Positions 46,063 through 56,049 are shown, numbered from the stretch's first letter. The stretch is 64,000 bases of DNA from an uncultured Acidobacteriota bacterium (GCA_963703985.1 CAVPGH010000001.1:961713-1025712); one strand, 5' to 3'. The notes: a model not told the origin generated them from the letters alone. Numbers and translations: made by a program.

Positions 46063-47160
46063 TCAAGGGTGGGGGTGAGCGGGCTCACCTTCCGCGCGGG
46101 CGGGCAGGCGAGTGAAGCGCAGGAGGTCGTCGTCGGGCCGGTGCGCCAGGGCCTGCGCCGCTTCCGCTCTCGCCTTCACGCGCGCGTCGAGGAAGAGGCG
46201 CGTGGTTTCGGCCACCGCCGCACAGCGCTCCGCGCGCCGCGGGTCGGGGTCGCCCTGGGCGGGGAACACGGCGGAGGCCCAGCCGAGGCTCGTGAAATAC
46301 CGGTGCGCCAGCCCTTCCACGCGGACGAGGATCCGATCCGCATGGTCGAGCGAGCGGAGGAGCGCGAGGTCGGGGGTCATGAAGTCGTCGACCTCCTCGT
46401 AGAAGTGCAGGAGGGGAACGCGGAAGGCGGCGGGGTCGAAGGTCTTGTCGCCGGAGAGCCAATCCTTCGCCGCGCTGCTGCCGATCCCGCCGTCCAGGCT
46501 CACGAGAGCGGAGGGGGGAAGGGCGGCGGCGGCGAGGAGCGCGGCGCGGGCTCCGAAGCTGTGACCCACGAGCGCGGGCGCCGTGCCGCCGACGGACGGG
46601 CGACGGGCGACCTCCTCGGCCACGAATCGGAGGTCCCGCGCCTGCTCCTGCGCGACGGGGAGGACGTCCGCTTCGGATTCCATCCTTGCTCCGAGCCGCA
46701 GGGGGGCGGGGCTCGTGGCCACGACGTAGCCGTGGCTGGCCAGGTACTCGGCGAGAACGGCTTGATGCTGGGCCGACTGGCCGTTGCCCTGGGCGATCAC
46801 GATCAGGGGAAACCGGCCGCGAGTGACGGGTGCGTTTTGCACCCCCGCCATCCTCGCCCGCATCAGGCGCTCCCGCTCCGCGCCCGCGTCCGGGGCGGAG
46901 GGCGGCCGCTCGCCGGGCTTCGCGTCGGGGCGCTCTTCGTCCGCGAGGCGGGCGTATGCGCCGAAGGAGACGGGCTCGGACCCCGGGACCGGCGCCGCCG
47001 GATACCAGACCACGATCTGCAGGGGGCGTGGACCGCCGTCGAGCCGGCGCGATTCGTCTCGGACGATCGAGACGTCGAAGCCGACGCCGTGGGGTCCGGG
47101 CACGAGCGGTCCCCAGAGCGGGGAAGCGGCGGCGATCCAGGCCAGGAGAGACGCGCTCAT
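46063..47160 (-). CDS. Alpha/beta hydrolase (dienelactone hydrolase / PAF-acetylhydrolase-like), secreted
   Basis: Intact 365-aa ORF with a signal peptide. VVWYPA, PLIVIAQGNG and LVGHSFGARAALL (GxSxG) are present. Confidence 0.7.
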   Translation of the reverse strand: MSASLLAWIAAASPLWGPLVPGPHGVGFDVSIVRDESRRLDGGPRPLQIVVWYPAAPVPGSEPVSFGAYARLADEERPDAKPGERPPSAPDAGAERERLMRARMAGVQNAPVTRGRFPLIVIAQGNGQSAQHQAVLAEYLASHGYVVATSPAPLRLGARMESEADVLPVAQEQARDLRFVAEEVARRPSVGGTAPALVGHSFGARAALLAAAALPPSALVSLDGGIGSSAAKDWLSGDKTFDPAAFRVPLLHFYEEVDDFMTPDLALLRSLDHADRILVRVEGLAHRYFTSLGWASAVFPAQGDPDPRRAERCAAVAETTRLFLDARVKARAEAAQALAHRPDDDLLRFTRLPARAEGEPAHPHP

Positions 47161-47215
47161 GGAGAGCGCATCTTAGTACGCGCGGCCGAGAGCGCTTTCA
47201 CGTGGCGCTATCACG

Positions 47216-47245
47216 TTGACAGCCCGTCGCGGGCTGGACTAGGCT
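47216..47245 (+). promoter_or_regulatory. Candidate sigma70-type promoter for receptor copy 3
   Basis: TTGACA (47216-47221), an 18-nt spacer, then TAGGCT (47240-47245), about 90 nt upstream of ATG 47332. This is pattern only. Confidence 0.3.
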
Positions 47246-47331
47246 CCGCCACATAATCGTCACAGGCTGCCCCCATCGTCCTTGTTCCGCCGCGCCCTCT
47301 GTTGCGTGAGCCGATTCGAAGGGAGATCTTG

Positions 47332-50300
47332 ATGCCGAGGATCTTGAAGGCCGTATTTGTCCTCCTCTGTCTTGCGGGGGGCCTGGCGCTGCCCGGACCC
47401 GCCCTCGCCCAGTCCCATCCGGGAGGCGCCATCCAGGGGACCGTGACCGACGAGTCCGGGGCCGTCCTGCCGGGGGTGACCGTGACCATCCGCAACCAGA
47501 AGACGGGCGTGGTCCGCGAGACCCACTCCGACTCCCTGGGCCTCTATCGGGCCCCTCTTCTCCCCGTGGGGGTGTACGAGCTGGCGGCGGCCCTGCCGGG
47601 CTTCGCCGGCCTGAAGCGGCCGGAACGTGGAGCTGACGCATCGGCCAGATTCTCACCATCGACCTCACCCTCAAGGTCGCGGGAGCCGAGGAGACGGTGA
47701 CGGTGGAGGCGGAGACGCCCGATCATCGAGACCGATCGCACCCAGCAGTCCTCCACCGTGAACGAGCGGTCGGTGACGCAACCTCCCGGTGAACGGCCGC
47801 AACTTCATCGACTTCGTGCTCACCACCCCGGGCGTGACGCGCGACACGCGCGGCGGCGACATCAGCTTCGCCGGCCAGCGCGGGACGCTGAACAGCCTGG
47901 TCATCGACGGCGCCGACAACAACAACACCTTCTTCGGCCAGACCCTGGGCCGCACCGGCTCCGGCCGCGCGCCCTACCAGTTCAGCCAGGACGCGGTGCA
48001 GGAGTTCCAGGTCAACCGCAACGCCTACTCCGCGGAGTACGGCCGCGCGGGCGGCGCGGTCATCAACGTGGTCACGAAGTCGGGCACGAACGACTTCCAC
48101 GGCTCGGCCTTCGAGTTCTACCGCGACAAGGACCTGAACGCCAACAGCTACGCCAACAAGATCGCGTCGCCCATCCGGCCCCGCTCCGCCTTCCACATCA
48201 ACCAGTTCGGCGGCTCCCTGGGCGGACCGATCGTCAAGGACAAGGCGTTCTTCTTCTTCTCCTACGACGGCCAGCGACAGCACGATCCCGAACGACGGTC
48301 GTCCTGACCCTGCCCGCCAACACTGCCGACCGACCCCGACACCCAGGCCGGCCTCGCCACCGTGCAGAGCCAAGGCCGACGAGCTACGAGCTGCACGCGC
48401 GACCAGGACGTGTTCCTGGCCAAGGTGGACTGGCAGATCGACCCGACGCCACCGCCTCTCGCGTCCGCTACAACCACCAGAACTTCACGGGCGGGAACAA
48501 CGAGAACAGCGGGCGCGACCAACGCCGATCGAGCACACCGGCGACAGCCTGGTGCAGCACGCGCACGCGTCAACGCGTCGCTGACCTCCGTGTTCAGCCC
48601 GACGCCTCTTCAACGAGCTCCGCTTCCAGTACGCCCGGACCAGGAGCCCGGCCAGGCCAACACCAACGACCCGGAGACGATCGTCGAGCCAGAGCGGGCC
48701 AGCGCGTGCTCACCTTCGGCCGCAACAACTTCAGCCCGCGCGAGACCACGATCAAGCGCTTGCAGGTCGCGGACACCGTGACCTGGCTCCGCGGCGCGCA
48801 CGCGCTCAAGGTCGGGCGCGGACTGCAACCTCGACAACATCCTCAACTTCTTCCCCGGCTTCTTCGGCGGCTCCTACACCTTCACAGTCCCTGGCCAGCT
48901 TCAACCGCGGCGTCCCGAACGGCTCCGGCGAGTTCTTCCAGCAGAACTTCGCGGGCGCGGGCACCACGGGGGCGGAGACGCACCCCGACATCAACGAGTT
49001 CGCGTTCTTCGCCCAGGACGAGTGGAGGCTCAACCGGAAGCTGACCCTGAACCTGGGCCTGCGCTACGACCTCCAGACCTTCGCCCAGCCCCCGGTCGCA
49101 GAACCCCGACCCGCAGCTCGCCGCCGCCGGGCATCGACACCAGCTTCCTCCACACCGACAAGAACAACATCGCGCCCCGCGCTGGGCTTCGCCTGGACCC
49201 CGAACAGCAAGACCGTCGTCCGCGGCGGCTACGGGCTCTTCTACGGCCGCACCCCGTCGATCATGGTGGGCACCGCCCACTCCAACAACGGCATCAACGT
49301 GATCTCGGTGCGGCTCACCGGCAACCTGGTGCCGAAGTACCCGACGCCAGCTCAGCGCGCCCCCTACGGGGGTGGCCGGCGCCGTGCCCAGCATCTTCTT
49401 CTTCGATCCCGACTACGAGAACCCCGAGGTCCACCAGGCGAGCGCCGGCATCGAGCGCGCAGCTCGGCGAGGACTTCGCGGTGTCGGTCGAGCTACCTCT
49501 TCGTGGCCGGGCGGAAGCTCCAGCGCACCCGCGACTTCAACATCGGAACGCCCGTGGCCACCGACATTCCCGTGGGCGGCGGGAGCTCGGTCTCGATCCA
49601 GCAGTTCCCCACCGCCCGGCCCTTCACCAACTTCGCCCGCATCCTCCGCTTCGAGAGCACGGCGGAGTCGAAGTACAACGGGCTGACCGTCGAGCTGCGG
49701 AAGCGCTTCGCGGGGAAGGCTGCAGGCCAACCTCGCCTACACCCTGGGCAAGATCACCGACACCAAGCCCGACGCCACCGCGGTCGTGCCCGGGAACGCG
49801 GGGGACGACGCCAAGTACGTCTCCAACCCCGCCGACTTCGAGGCCGACCGCGCCCCCGGCGATCTCGACCAGCGACACCGCCTGGTCTTCAGCGGCGTCT
49901 GGGACATGGACTACTTCAAGAGCTCGGGGGGCGCGACCCGAGCCCTTTTCGGCGGATGGCAGATGAGCTGGATCTGGACCATCGAGTCGGGGCTGCCCTA
50001 CACCCGGAAGATCAGCAACGACGTCAACCGCGACCAGAACCCGAGCAACGACATCGTGCCCGGGTTCCGCAACAGCGAGCGGCTGCCCACCATGTACAAC
50101 ACCGACTTCCGCCTGACCAAGCGGATCCCCCTGGGATCGCGCCTGCAGCTCGACCTCATCGGGGAAGGCTTCAACCTCTTCAACCACACGAACGTCAGCG
50201 CCCGGCAGCAGGCCTACTACAACTTCACGAACGGCGTGCTCGTCCCCCAGACGAACCTCTCGAACCCGAGGCTGAACTTCGGGGCGGACAGCGCCGCCCA

Positions 50301-50358
50301 GATCGGCCCCGACCAGAGCGCGCGTATCATCCAGCTCGCGGCCAAGGTAACCTTCTAG
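47332..50358 (+). pseudogene. TonB-dependent receptor with N-terminal CarboxypepD_reg-like domain (copy 3); many single-base insertions as sequenced
   Basis: GAAGGGAG precedes ATG 47332. Signal peptide ...GPALA-QS, then GAIQGTVTDESGAVLPGVTVTIRN...LGLYRAPLLPVGVYEL, a plug (NLPVNGRNFIDFVLTTPGV) and a barrel ending IIQLAAKVTF. The real sequence hops between the frames of ORFs 47302-47700, 47789-48307, 47758-49044, 48362-48781, 49263-51143 and 49786-50358. Confidence 0.85.
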
Positions 50359-50377
50359 ACCAGGGCGTTGTCCTCGC

Positions 50378-50407
50378 GGGGGGTGCGCTTGCGCACCCCC
50401 CGTTTTT
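50378..50407 (+). terminator. Canonical rho-independent terminator after receptor copy 3
   Basis: GGGGGGTGCGC / GCGCACCCCCC forms an 11-bp stem (effective 10 bp with a cttg loop), followed directly by GTTTTTG. It starts 20 nt after the stop at 50358. Confidence 0.7.
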
Positions 50408-50409
50408 GC

Positions 50410-51213
50410 TTGGGAGGAGTCCTGAGGGGGCGAGAGATCGAGGTCGACGGCGTCCGGCTCCACCTCGAAGAGCGCGGCGCGGGTCTGGCCACCCCCGCCC
50501 TCCTCGCCCACGGGCTCGGGGGCAACCACGGTGTCTGGAGCCGGGTCGTGGACGTGCTCGCGCGCGACCGGCGGGTCATCGCCTACGACCTGCGCGGCCA
50601 CGGGCAGTCCGCCCGCAACCTCGACGATTACGGTCTCGAGCGCCATGCCCGGGACCTGCTCGCGGTGCGCCGGGCCGCGTCGCCGGACGAGCCGCCCCAC
50701 CTCGTCGCCGCCTCCCTGAGCGGGGTGGCCGCCCAGCTCGTGGCCTCCGCGGAGCCCGACGCCTTCCGGTCCCTCGTGCTCGTGGCCACCTGGGCCGCGG
50801 CCCGGGACACCCTCGACGGCGAAGCCCTCGCCCGGGCGGTGGCGGAGGCCCGCGACGTCCGGCACTTCTACCGCGACTTCCTGGCGAGCATGGACGCGCC
50901 CGACCGCGACGAGATCGTGGAGCGCATCGGCGACTCCGATCGAGGCGCGCTCGTGCGGGGGACGCGCGACCTGTTCGAGTACGACGGGCGGCATCGGCTG
51001 GCCGCCATCCGGGTCCCCGCCCTCGTGATCACCGGGGAGCGCGAGCGGTACTTCCCGGTGGAGGCGGGCCGGGAGCTCGCGGAGGGGCTGCCGCGCGCGC
51101 GATTCCTGGCCCTGCCCGGAGTGGGGCATCACCCGCACCGTGAGAACCCCGAGGCATTCGCCGAGGCCGTGCGCGCGTTCTGGCGAGAGGTCGAGACCGG
51201 CCCCGAAGCCTGA
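50410..51213 (+). CDS. Alpha/beta hydrolase fold protein
   Basis: Frame of ORF 50368-51213. Motifs: VDGVRLHLEERG, ALLAHGLGGNHGVW, AYDLRGHGQS, the elbow-like LVAASLSGVAA, and PGVGHHPHRENPEAF. The start is uncertain: the track's TTG at 50368 would put the terminator inside the CDS. The next in-frame candidates are TTG 50410 and CTG 50422. Confidence 0.7.
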   Translation: MGGVLRGREIEVDGVRLHLEERGAGLATPALLAHGLGGNHGVWSRVVDVLARDRRVIAYDLRGHGQSARNLDDYGLERHARDLLAVRRAASPDEPPHLVAASLSGVAAQLVASAEPDAFRSLVLVATWAAARDTLDGEALARAVAEARDVRHFYRDFLASMDAPDRDEIVERIGDSDRGALVRGTRDLFEYDGRHRLAAIRVPALVITGERERYFPVEAGRELAEGLPRARFLALPGVGHHPHRENPEAFAEAVRAFWREVETGPEA

Positions 51214-51244
51214 AAGGGCGGGCCCGGCGTTGTATCCTGATCTC

Positions 51245-53194
51245 GTGAGCACCGCGCCCTTCGGCTTCCTCCGCGTCGCCGCCGCGTGCCCGCCGGTGGC
51301 GATCGCCGATCCGGAGCGGAACGCGGAGCGTATCGTGGGCTTCGTGGTGAAGGCCCGGGAGCGCGGAGCCCAGGTGCTGGTCCTGCCCGAGCTCGGCCTC
51401 ACCGGGTACACCTGCGGGGACCTCTTCTTCAGCCTGACCACACTGGTCGGGGGGGCGGAGAAGGCCCTCGAGCGGGTCCTGCGCCAGACGAAAGACACGC
51501 CGATGGTGCTGGCGGTGGGCCTGCCCGTGGCCCAGGCGGGCCGGCTGTTCAACGCGGCGGCCGTGCTGCAGTCGGGCAAGGTCCTCGGGGTCGTGCCCAA
51601 GACGTACCTGCCCGGGTACCAGGAGTACTACGAGGAACGCTGGTTCTCGTCGGCCGCGGAGGCGCTCCTCACCGACGTCCGGATCCTGGGGGCGACGGTG
51701 CCCTTCGGGACCGACCTGCTGTTCGCGCTCGGCGACGACCCGGGGGTGACCCTGGCCGTCGAGGTGTGTGAAGACCTCTGGGCGCCGGTTCCCCCCAGCA
51801 GCGCCCACGCGGTGGCCGGGGCCACCGTCATCCTGAACCTGTCCGCGTCCAACGACGTCGTGGCCAAGGCGGACTACCGGCGGGACCTGGTGCGCCAGCA
51901 GTCGGGGCGCACGCTCAGCGCCTACGCCTACGCCAACGCGGGGGTGCACGAGAGCACCACCGACCTCGTCTTCGACGGCCACTTGCTGATCGCGGAGAAC
52001 GCGACGCTCCTCGCCGAGGGCGAGCGCTTCCGCCGCGAGGGCGAGCTGATCGTGGCCGACGTCGATACGGAGCGGCTGCGCGTGGAGCGGGCCCGGCAGA
52101 CGTCGTTCTCCGACGGGGCGGGCGCCCCCGAGGCCTACCGCCGGGTTGCTCTCCAGCCCATCCCCTCGCCCTTGCCGGGCAAGCTGGCCCGACCCCTCGA
52201 CCCGTTCCCCTTCGTCCCCTCGGACCCCGCGACCCTCGACGAGCGCTGCCGCGAGGTGTTCTCCATCCAGACCGCGGGGCTCGCCCGCCGCCTCGAGCAC
52301 ACCGGCCTGAAGCGCCCGGTGCTCGGCCTCTCCGGCGGTCTCGACTCCACCCTCGCCCTCCTCGTGGCCACCGGCACCCTCGACCTCCTGAAGCGGCCGC
52401 GGACGGACGTCCTCGCCGTCACCATGCCCGGCTTCGGCACCAGCGACCGCACGCTCCTGAGCGCGCGGCGCCTCGCCGCCGCCGCGCGGGTCGAGCTGCG
52501 GGAGATCGACATCCGCGCCGCCTGCACCCGGCACATCCAGGACATCGGCCTCGATCCCGAAGACCGCTCGAGCGTCACCTACCAGAACCTGCAGGCGCGC
52601 GAGCGGACGCAGGTGCTCATGGACCTCGCCAACAAGGAAGGCGGCCTCGTGGTGGGGACGGGCGACCTCTCCGAGCTCGCCCTCGGTTTCTGCACGTTCG
52701 CCGGGGACCACATGGCGATGTACAACGTGAACGCGGGGGTGCCCAAGACCCTGGTGCGCAAGCTCGTGGCCTGGGTGGCGGACCACCAGTCGACCCCGGT
52801 GGAGCGGGACGTGCTGCGCGAGGTGCTGGCCACTCCCGTCTCTCCCGAGCTCGTCCCCGCGGCCGCGGGAGGCACCCCCGGTCACCGCACCGAGGAGATC
52901 ATCGGCCCCTACGAGCTGCACGACTTCTTCCTCTACTGCCTGCTGCGCCTGGGGGCGGGGCCGCGGAAGATCCTCTTCCTGGCCGAGCAGGCCTTCGCCT
53001 CCCGCTACCCGGCGGCCGAGCTCAAGCGCTGGCTGCGCGTGTTCGTCGAGCGGTTCTTCGACAATCAGTTCAAGCGGTCGGTGATGCCGGACGGGCCCAA
53101 GGTGGGATCGGTGAGCCTCTCGCCGCGGGGGGACTGGCGCATGCCCAGCGACGCGAGCAAGGCGGCCTGGCTGCGGGAGCTGGACGGGGCCTGA
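51245..53194 (+). CDS. nadE: Glutamine-dependent NAD+ synthetase (CN-hydrolase domain + NAD synthetase domain)
   Basis: The GTG at 51245 lies inside ORF 51140-53194. The N-terminal nitrilase-like region has LVLPELGLTGYTCGDLF and AVEVCEDLW (Glu, Cys). The synthetase domain has VLGLSGGLDSTLALLVA (PP-loop) and GTGDLSELALGFCT. Confidence 0.9.
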   Translation: MSTAPFGFLRVAAACPPVAIADPERNAERIVGFVVKARERGAQVLVLPELGLTGYTCGDLFFSLTTLVGGAEKALERVLRQTKDTPMVLAVGLPVAQAGRLFNAAAVLQSGKVLGVVPKTYLPGYQEYYEERWFSSAAEALLTDVRILGATVPFGTDLLFALGDDPGVTLAVEVCEDLWAPVPPSSAHAVAGATVILNLSASNDVVAKADYRRDLVRQQSGRTLSAYAYANAGVHESTTDLVFDGHLLIAENATLLAEGERFRREGELIVADVDTERLRVERARQTSFSDGAGAPEAYRRVALQPIPSPLPGKLARPLDPFPFVPSDPATLDERCREVFSIQTAGLARRLEHTGLKRPVLGLSGGLDSTLALLVATGTLDLLKRPRTDVLAVTMPGFGTSDRTLLSARRLAAAARVELREIDIRAACTRHIQDIGLDPEDRSSVTYQNLQARERTQVLMDLANKEGGLVVGTGDLSELALGFCTFAGDHMAMYNVNAGVPKTLVRKLVAWVADHQSTPVERDVLREVLATPVSPELVPAAAGGTPGHRTEEIIGPYELHDFFLYCLLRLGAGPRKILFLAEQAFASRYPAAELKRWLRVFVERFFDNQFKRSVMPDGPKVGSVSLSPRGDWRMPSDASKAAWLRELDGA

Positions 53195-53200
53195 CGCCGC

Positions 53201-53872
53201 ATGCCGCTCACCGCCCTCATCGTCGCCCCGGAGCCGCTCGACGCGGAGCTCGCGGAGACCGTGCTCTGGCGCCAGAACGTCGAGCGGTACGCGGCCGCTT
53301 CCGTGGACGAGGCGCGGCACCTCGCCTCGGGAGGTCGGCCCGACATTCTGGTGGTCGACCAGCGCGTGCCCAACGCTCCCGCCCTCGTCGCCCAGCTCCG
53401 GCAGGACCCCCTCACCCGCGGGGTCTCCATCGTCGCCCTCGCCCGCGGCGACTTCGATCCCTCGGAGATCGCACTGCTGGAGGCGGGGGCGAACGCGATC
53501 CTCCGCCTCCCCCCCGGGGCGGACTGGGACGACCGCCTCGAGCGGCTCATCCACGTTCCCCTGCGCCGGGCCGCGCGCTTCGGCGTCCACGTGCAGATCG
53601 ACTCCCGCTTCGAGCTCGCGGGTCGGATCTTTCTCGTGAACGCGCTCAACCTGAGCGTGAACGGGATGCTCGTGGAGTCGGGGCAGGGCCTGCGCGTCGG
53701 CGACGACGTGCAGTTCGCCTTCCGGCTGCCCGGGAGCGAGGAGGTGGTGGCGGGGACGGGGCTGGTGGTGCGCGAGGCGGGCCCCCCCGGCCTCTTCGGC
53801 GTGGAGCTGACGCACGTGGAGGGAGAGGGGCGCGTGCTCATCAAGCACTACGTGGAATCCGCGGGCGGCTGA
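53201..53872 (+). CDS. Receiver-like domain + PilZ domain protein (predicted c-di-GMP binding)
   Basis: Intact 223-aa ORF. The N-terminal REC-like fold has DILVVDQ but lacks the acidic pair. The PilZ signatures are RRAAR (RxxxR) and NLSVNG (D/NxSxxG). Confidence 0.75.
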   Translation: MPLTALIVAPEPLDAELAETVLWRQNVERYAAASVDEARHLASGGRPDILVVDQRVPNAPALVAQLRQDPLTRGVSIVALARGDFDPSEIALLEAGANAILRLPPGADWDDRLERLIHVPLRRAARFGVHVQIDSRFELAGRIFLVNALNLSVNGMLVESGQGLRVGDDVQFAFRLPGSEEVVAGTGLVVREAGPPGLFGVELTHVEGEGRVLIKHYVESAGG

Positions 53873-53881
53873 AGCGCGGCC

Positions 53882-53890
53882 TGCTATAAT
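53882..53890 (+). promoter_or_regulatory. Extended -10 promoter element upstream of glgP
   Basis: TGCTATAAT (TG-n-TATAAT) sits in the 62-nt gap, 45 nt upstream of ATG 53935. There is no good -35, as expected for extended -10 promoters. Confidence 0.45.
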
Positions 53891-53934
53891 CCGTCCCGCC
53901 AACCCTCCCGCATCCCAAGGAACGAATTCGAGCG

Positions 53935-56049
53935 ATGGATATCCGCACCCTGCACACGGCCGACATCGAGCTTCCCCCCAGCGTGGAACGGCTGCGCGAC
54001 CTCGCCTACGACCTCTGGTGGGGGTGGTCGCCGATGTGCACCCGCCTGTTCGCCTGGATCGACCCCGAGCACTGGCGGCGCTACCACAACCCGGTGCAGC
54101 TGCTGATCAACGTGGAGCCGCGCCAATGGATGCGCCTCCTCTCCGATCCCGAGTTCCGTCGCACCTACGACACCGTGATCCAGGCCCTCGACGAGTACCG
54201 CTCGCGCCCGCGCTGGGTGGCGGAGGCCGGCCTGGACCTGCCCGGCCCCGTGGGCTACTTCTCGATGGAGTTCGGGATCCACGAGTCGCTGGGCGTGTAC
54301 TCGGGGGGCCTGGGCGTCCTCGCCGGCGACCACTGCAAGGCGGCGAGCGACCTCGGGCTGCCCCTGGTGGGGGTGGGCCTGCTCTACCGCTCCGGCTATT
54401 TCCGACAGACCGTGGACGCGGACGGCTTCCAGCAGCACATCTATCCCGACTACGACTTCGCGCGCCTGCCCATCCTTCCCGTGCAGTCGCCCGGGGGCGG
54501 GGTGCTCACCGTTCCCGTCGACCTCCCGGGCCGGGTGGTCCAGGCCGCGGTGTGGAAGGCGCAGGTGGGGCGGGTGAGCGTCCTCATGCTGGACACGGAC
54601 ATCCCGCTCAACGACCCCGCGGACCGCCCCATCACCGGCGTCCTCTACGTGCGCGGGCGCGAGATGCGCCTCTGTCAGGAGATCGTGCTCGGGGTGGGGG
54701 GCGTGCGCGCGCTCGTCGCCCTCGGCATCCAGCCCGCGGTGTGGCACATGAACGAGGGGCACGTCGCCTTCCTCAACCTCGAGCGGGCGCGCGAGCGGGT
54801 GCGCGAGGGAGACGGCCTCGCCGATGCCTTGAAGACGGTGGCCCGCAACACCGTCTTCACCACCCACACCCCCGTCCCCGCCGGCAACGAGACCTTCGAC
54901 CGCAAGCTCGTCCGCCGCTACCTCGACTTCTGGATCCGTGAGGTGGGCTGCGACCCCGACGAGGCGCTGGCCCTGGGGTCCGACAACGGCAACTTCAACA
55001 TGACCGCCCTCGCCATCCGCCTCTCCTCGCGCACGAACGGCGTGAGCAAGCTGCACGCAAAGGTCTCCTCCGCCATGTGGCGGCACCTCTTCGATGGCGC
55101 CCCGGAGGACCCGGTGGGCGCCATCACCAACGGCGTCCACACCGAGAGCTGGATCGGGCCGGAGATGAGGGCTTTCTACGCGCAGCACGTCGATCCGCAC
55201 TGGGAGCAGCACCTCCTGGAGCCCGAGTTCTGGACGCGCATCCGCGACGTTCCCGACGCTGGTCTGTGGGCGGCCCACCGGTCGCAGAAGGAGCGGCTCA
55301 TCCGCTTCGTACGCGAGCGCGTGCGCCAGCAGTCGGCCCGCCACGGCTCTTCCCCCGACGAGCTCCGGATGGTGGAAGGGCTGCTCGACCCCCACGCCCT
55401 CACCATCGGCTTCGCCCGCCGTTTCGCCACCTACAAGCGGGCCTTCCTGATCCTCTCCGACCTGGACCGCCTGCGCACGCTCCTCGCCGACCCCGACCGT
55501 CCCGTGCAGCTCCTCTTCGCGGGCAAGGCCCATCCCGCGGACCGCGAGGGCCAGGAGGTGATCCGCCGCCTCGTCGTCCTCACCAAGGGGGAGTTCCAGG
55601 GCAAGCTCGTCTTCCTGGAGGACTACGACATCGAGATCGGGCGGGCCATGGTGCAGGGCTGCGACGCCTGGCTCAACAACCCGCGTCGGCCGCAGGAGGC
55701 GAGCGGTACCAGCGGCCAGAAGGTGCCCGTCAACGGCGGGGTCAACGTGAGCATCCTCGACGGCTGGTGGGCGGAGGGCTTCCGCGGCGACAACGGGTGG
55801 GCCATCGGCGACGGCAGCGTCGACCCGGACACCGCGGTGCAGGACCAGAGCGACGCGGAGTCGCTCGCTCGCGTACTATCGGAAGAGGTGGTGCCCCGTT
55901 TCTTCGCGCGCGACGAGTCGGGCCTGCCCCGACTCTGGATCCAGACCATGAAAGCCTCGATCGAGTCGGTGGTCGCGCCCTTCAGCGCGATCCGCATGGT
56001 GCGCGACTACCTGAAGGAGAGCTACCTGCCGGCCGCGGGGCGGAAGTAG
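53935..56049 (+). CDS. glgP: Alpha-glucan phosphorylase (GT35, bacterial alpha-glucan family)
   Basis: Intact 704-aa ORF. Motifs: YFSMEFG, GGLGVLAGDH, FTTHTPVPAGNE, LTIGFARRFATYKR, FAGKAHPAD and EASGTSGQKVPVNGG (PLP Lys context). Confidence 0.9.
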   Translation: MDIRTLHTADIELPPSVERLRDLAYDLWWGWSPMCTRLFAWIDPEHWRRYHNPVQLLINVEPRQWMRLLSDPEFRRTYDTVIQALDEYRSRPRWVAEAGLDLPGPVGYFSMEFGIHESLGVYSGGLGVLAGDHCKAASDLGLPLVGVGLLYRSGYFRQTVDADGFQQHIYPDYDFARLPILPVQSPGGGVLTVPVDLPGRVVQAAVWKAQVGRVSVLMLDTDIPLNDPADRPITGVLYVRGREMRLCQEIVLGVGGVRALVALGIQPAVWHMNEGHVAFLNLERARERVREGDGLADALKTVARNTVFTTHTPVPAGNETFDRKLVRRYLDFWIREVGCDPDEALALGSDNGNFNMTALAIRLSSRTNGVSKLHAKVSSAMWRHLFDGAPEDPVGAITNGVHTESWIGPEMRAFYAQHVDPHWEQHLLEPEFWTRIRDVPDAGLWAAHRSQKERLIRFVRERVRQQSARHGSSPDELRMVEGLLDPHALTIGFARRFATYKRAFLILSDLDRLRTLLADPDRPVQLLFAGKAHPADREGQEVIRRLVVLTKGEFQGKLVFLEDYDIEIGRAMVQGCDAWLNNPRRPQEASGTSGQKVPVNGGVNVSILDGWWAEGFRGDNGWAIGDGSVDPDTAVQDQSDAESLARVLSEEVVPRFFARDESGLPRLWIQTMKASIESVVAPFSAIRMVRDYLKESYLPAAGRK

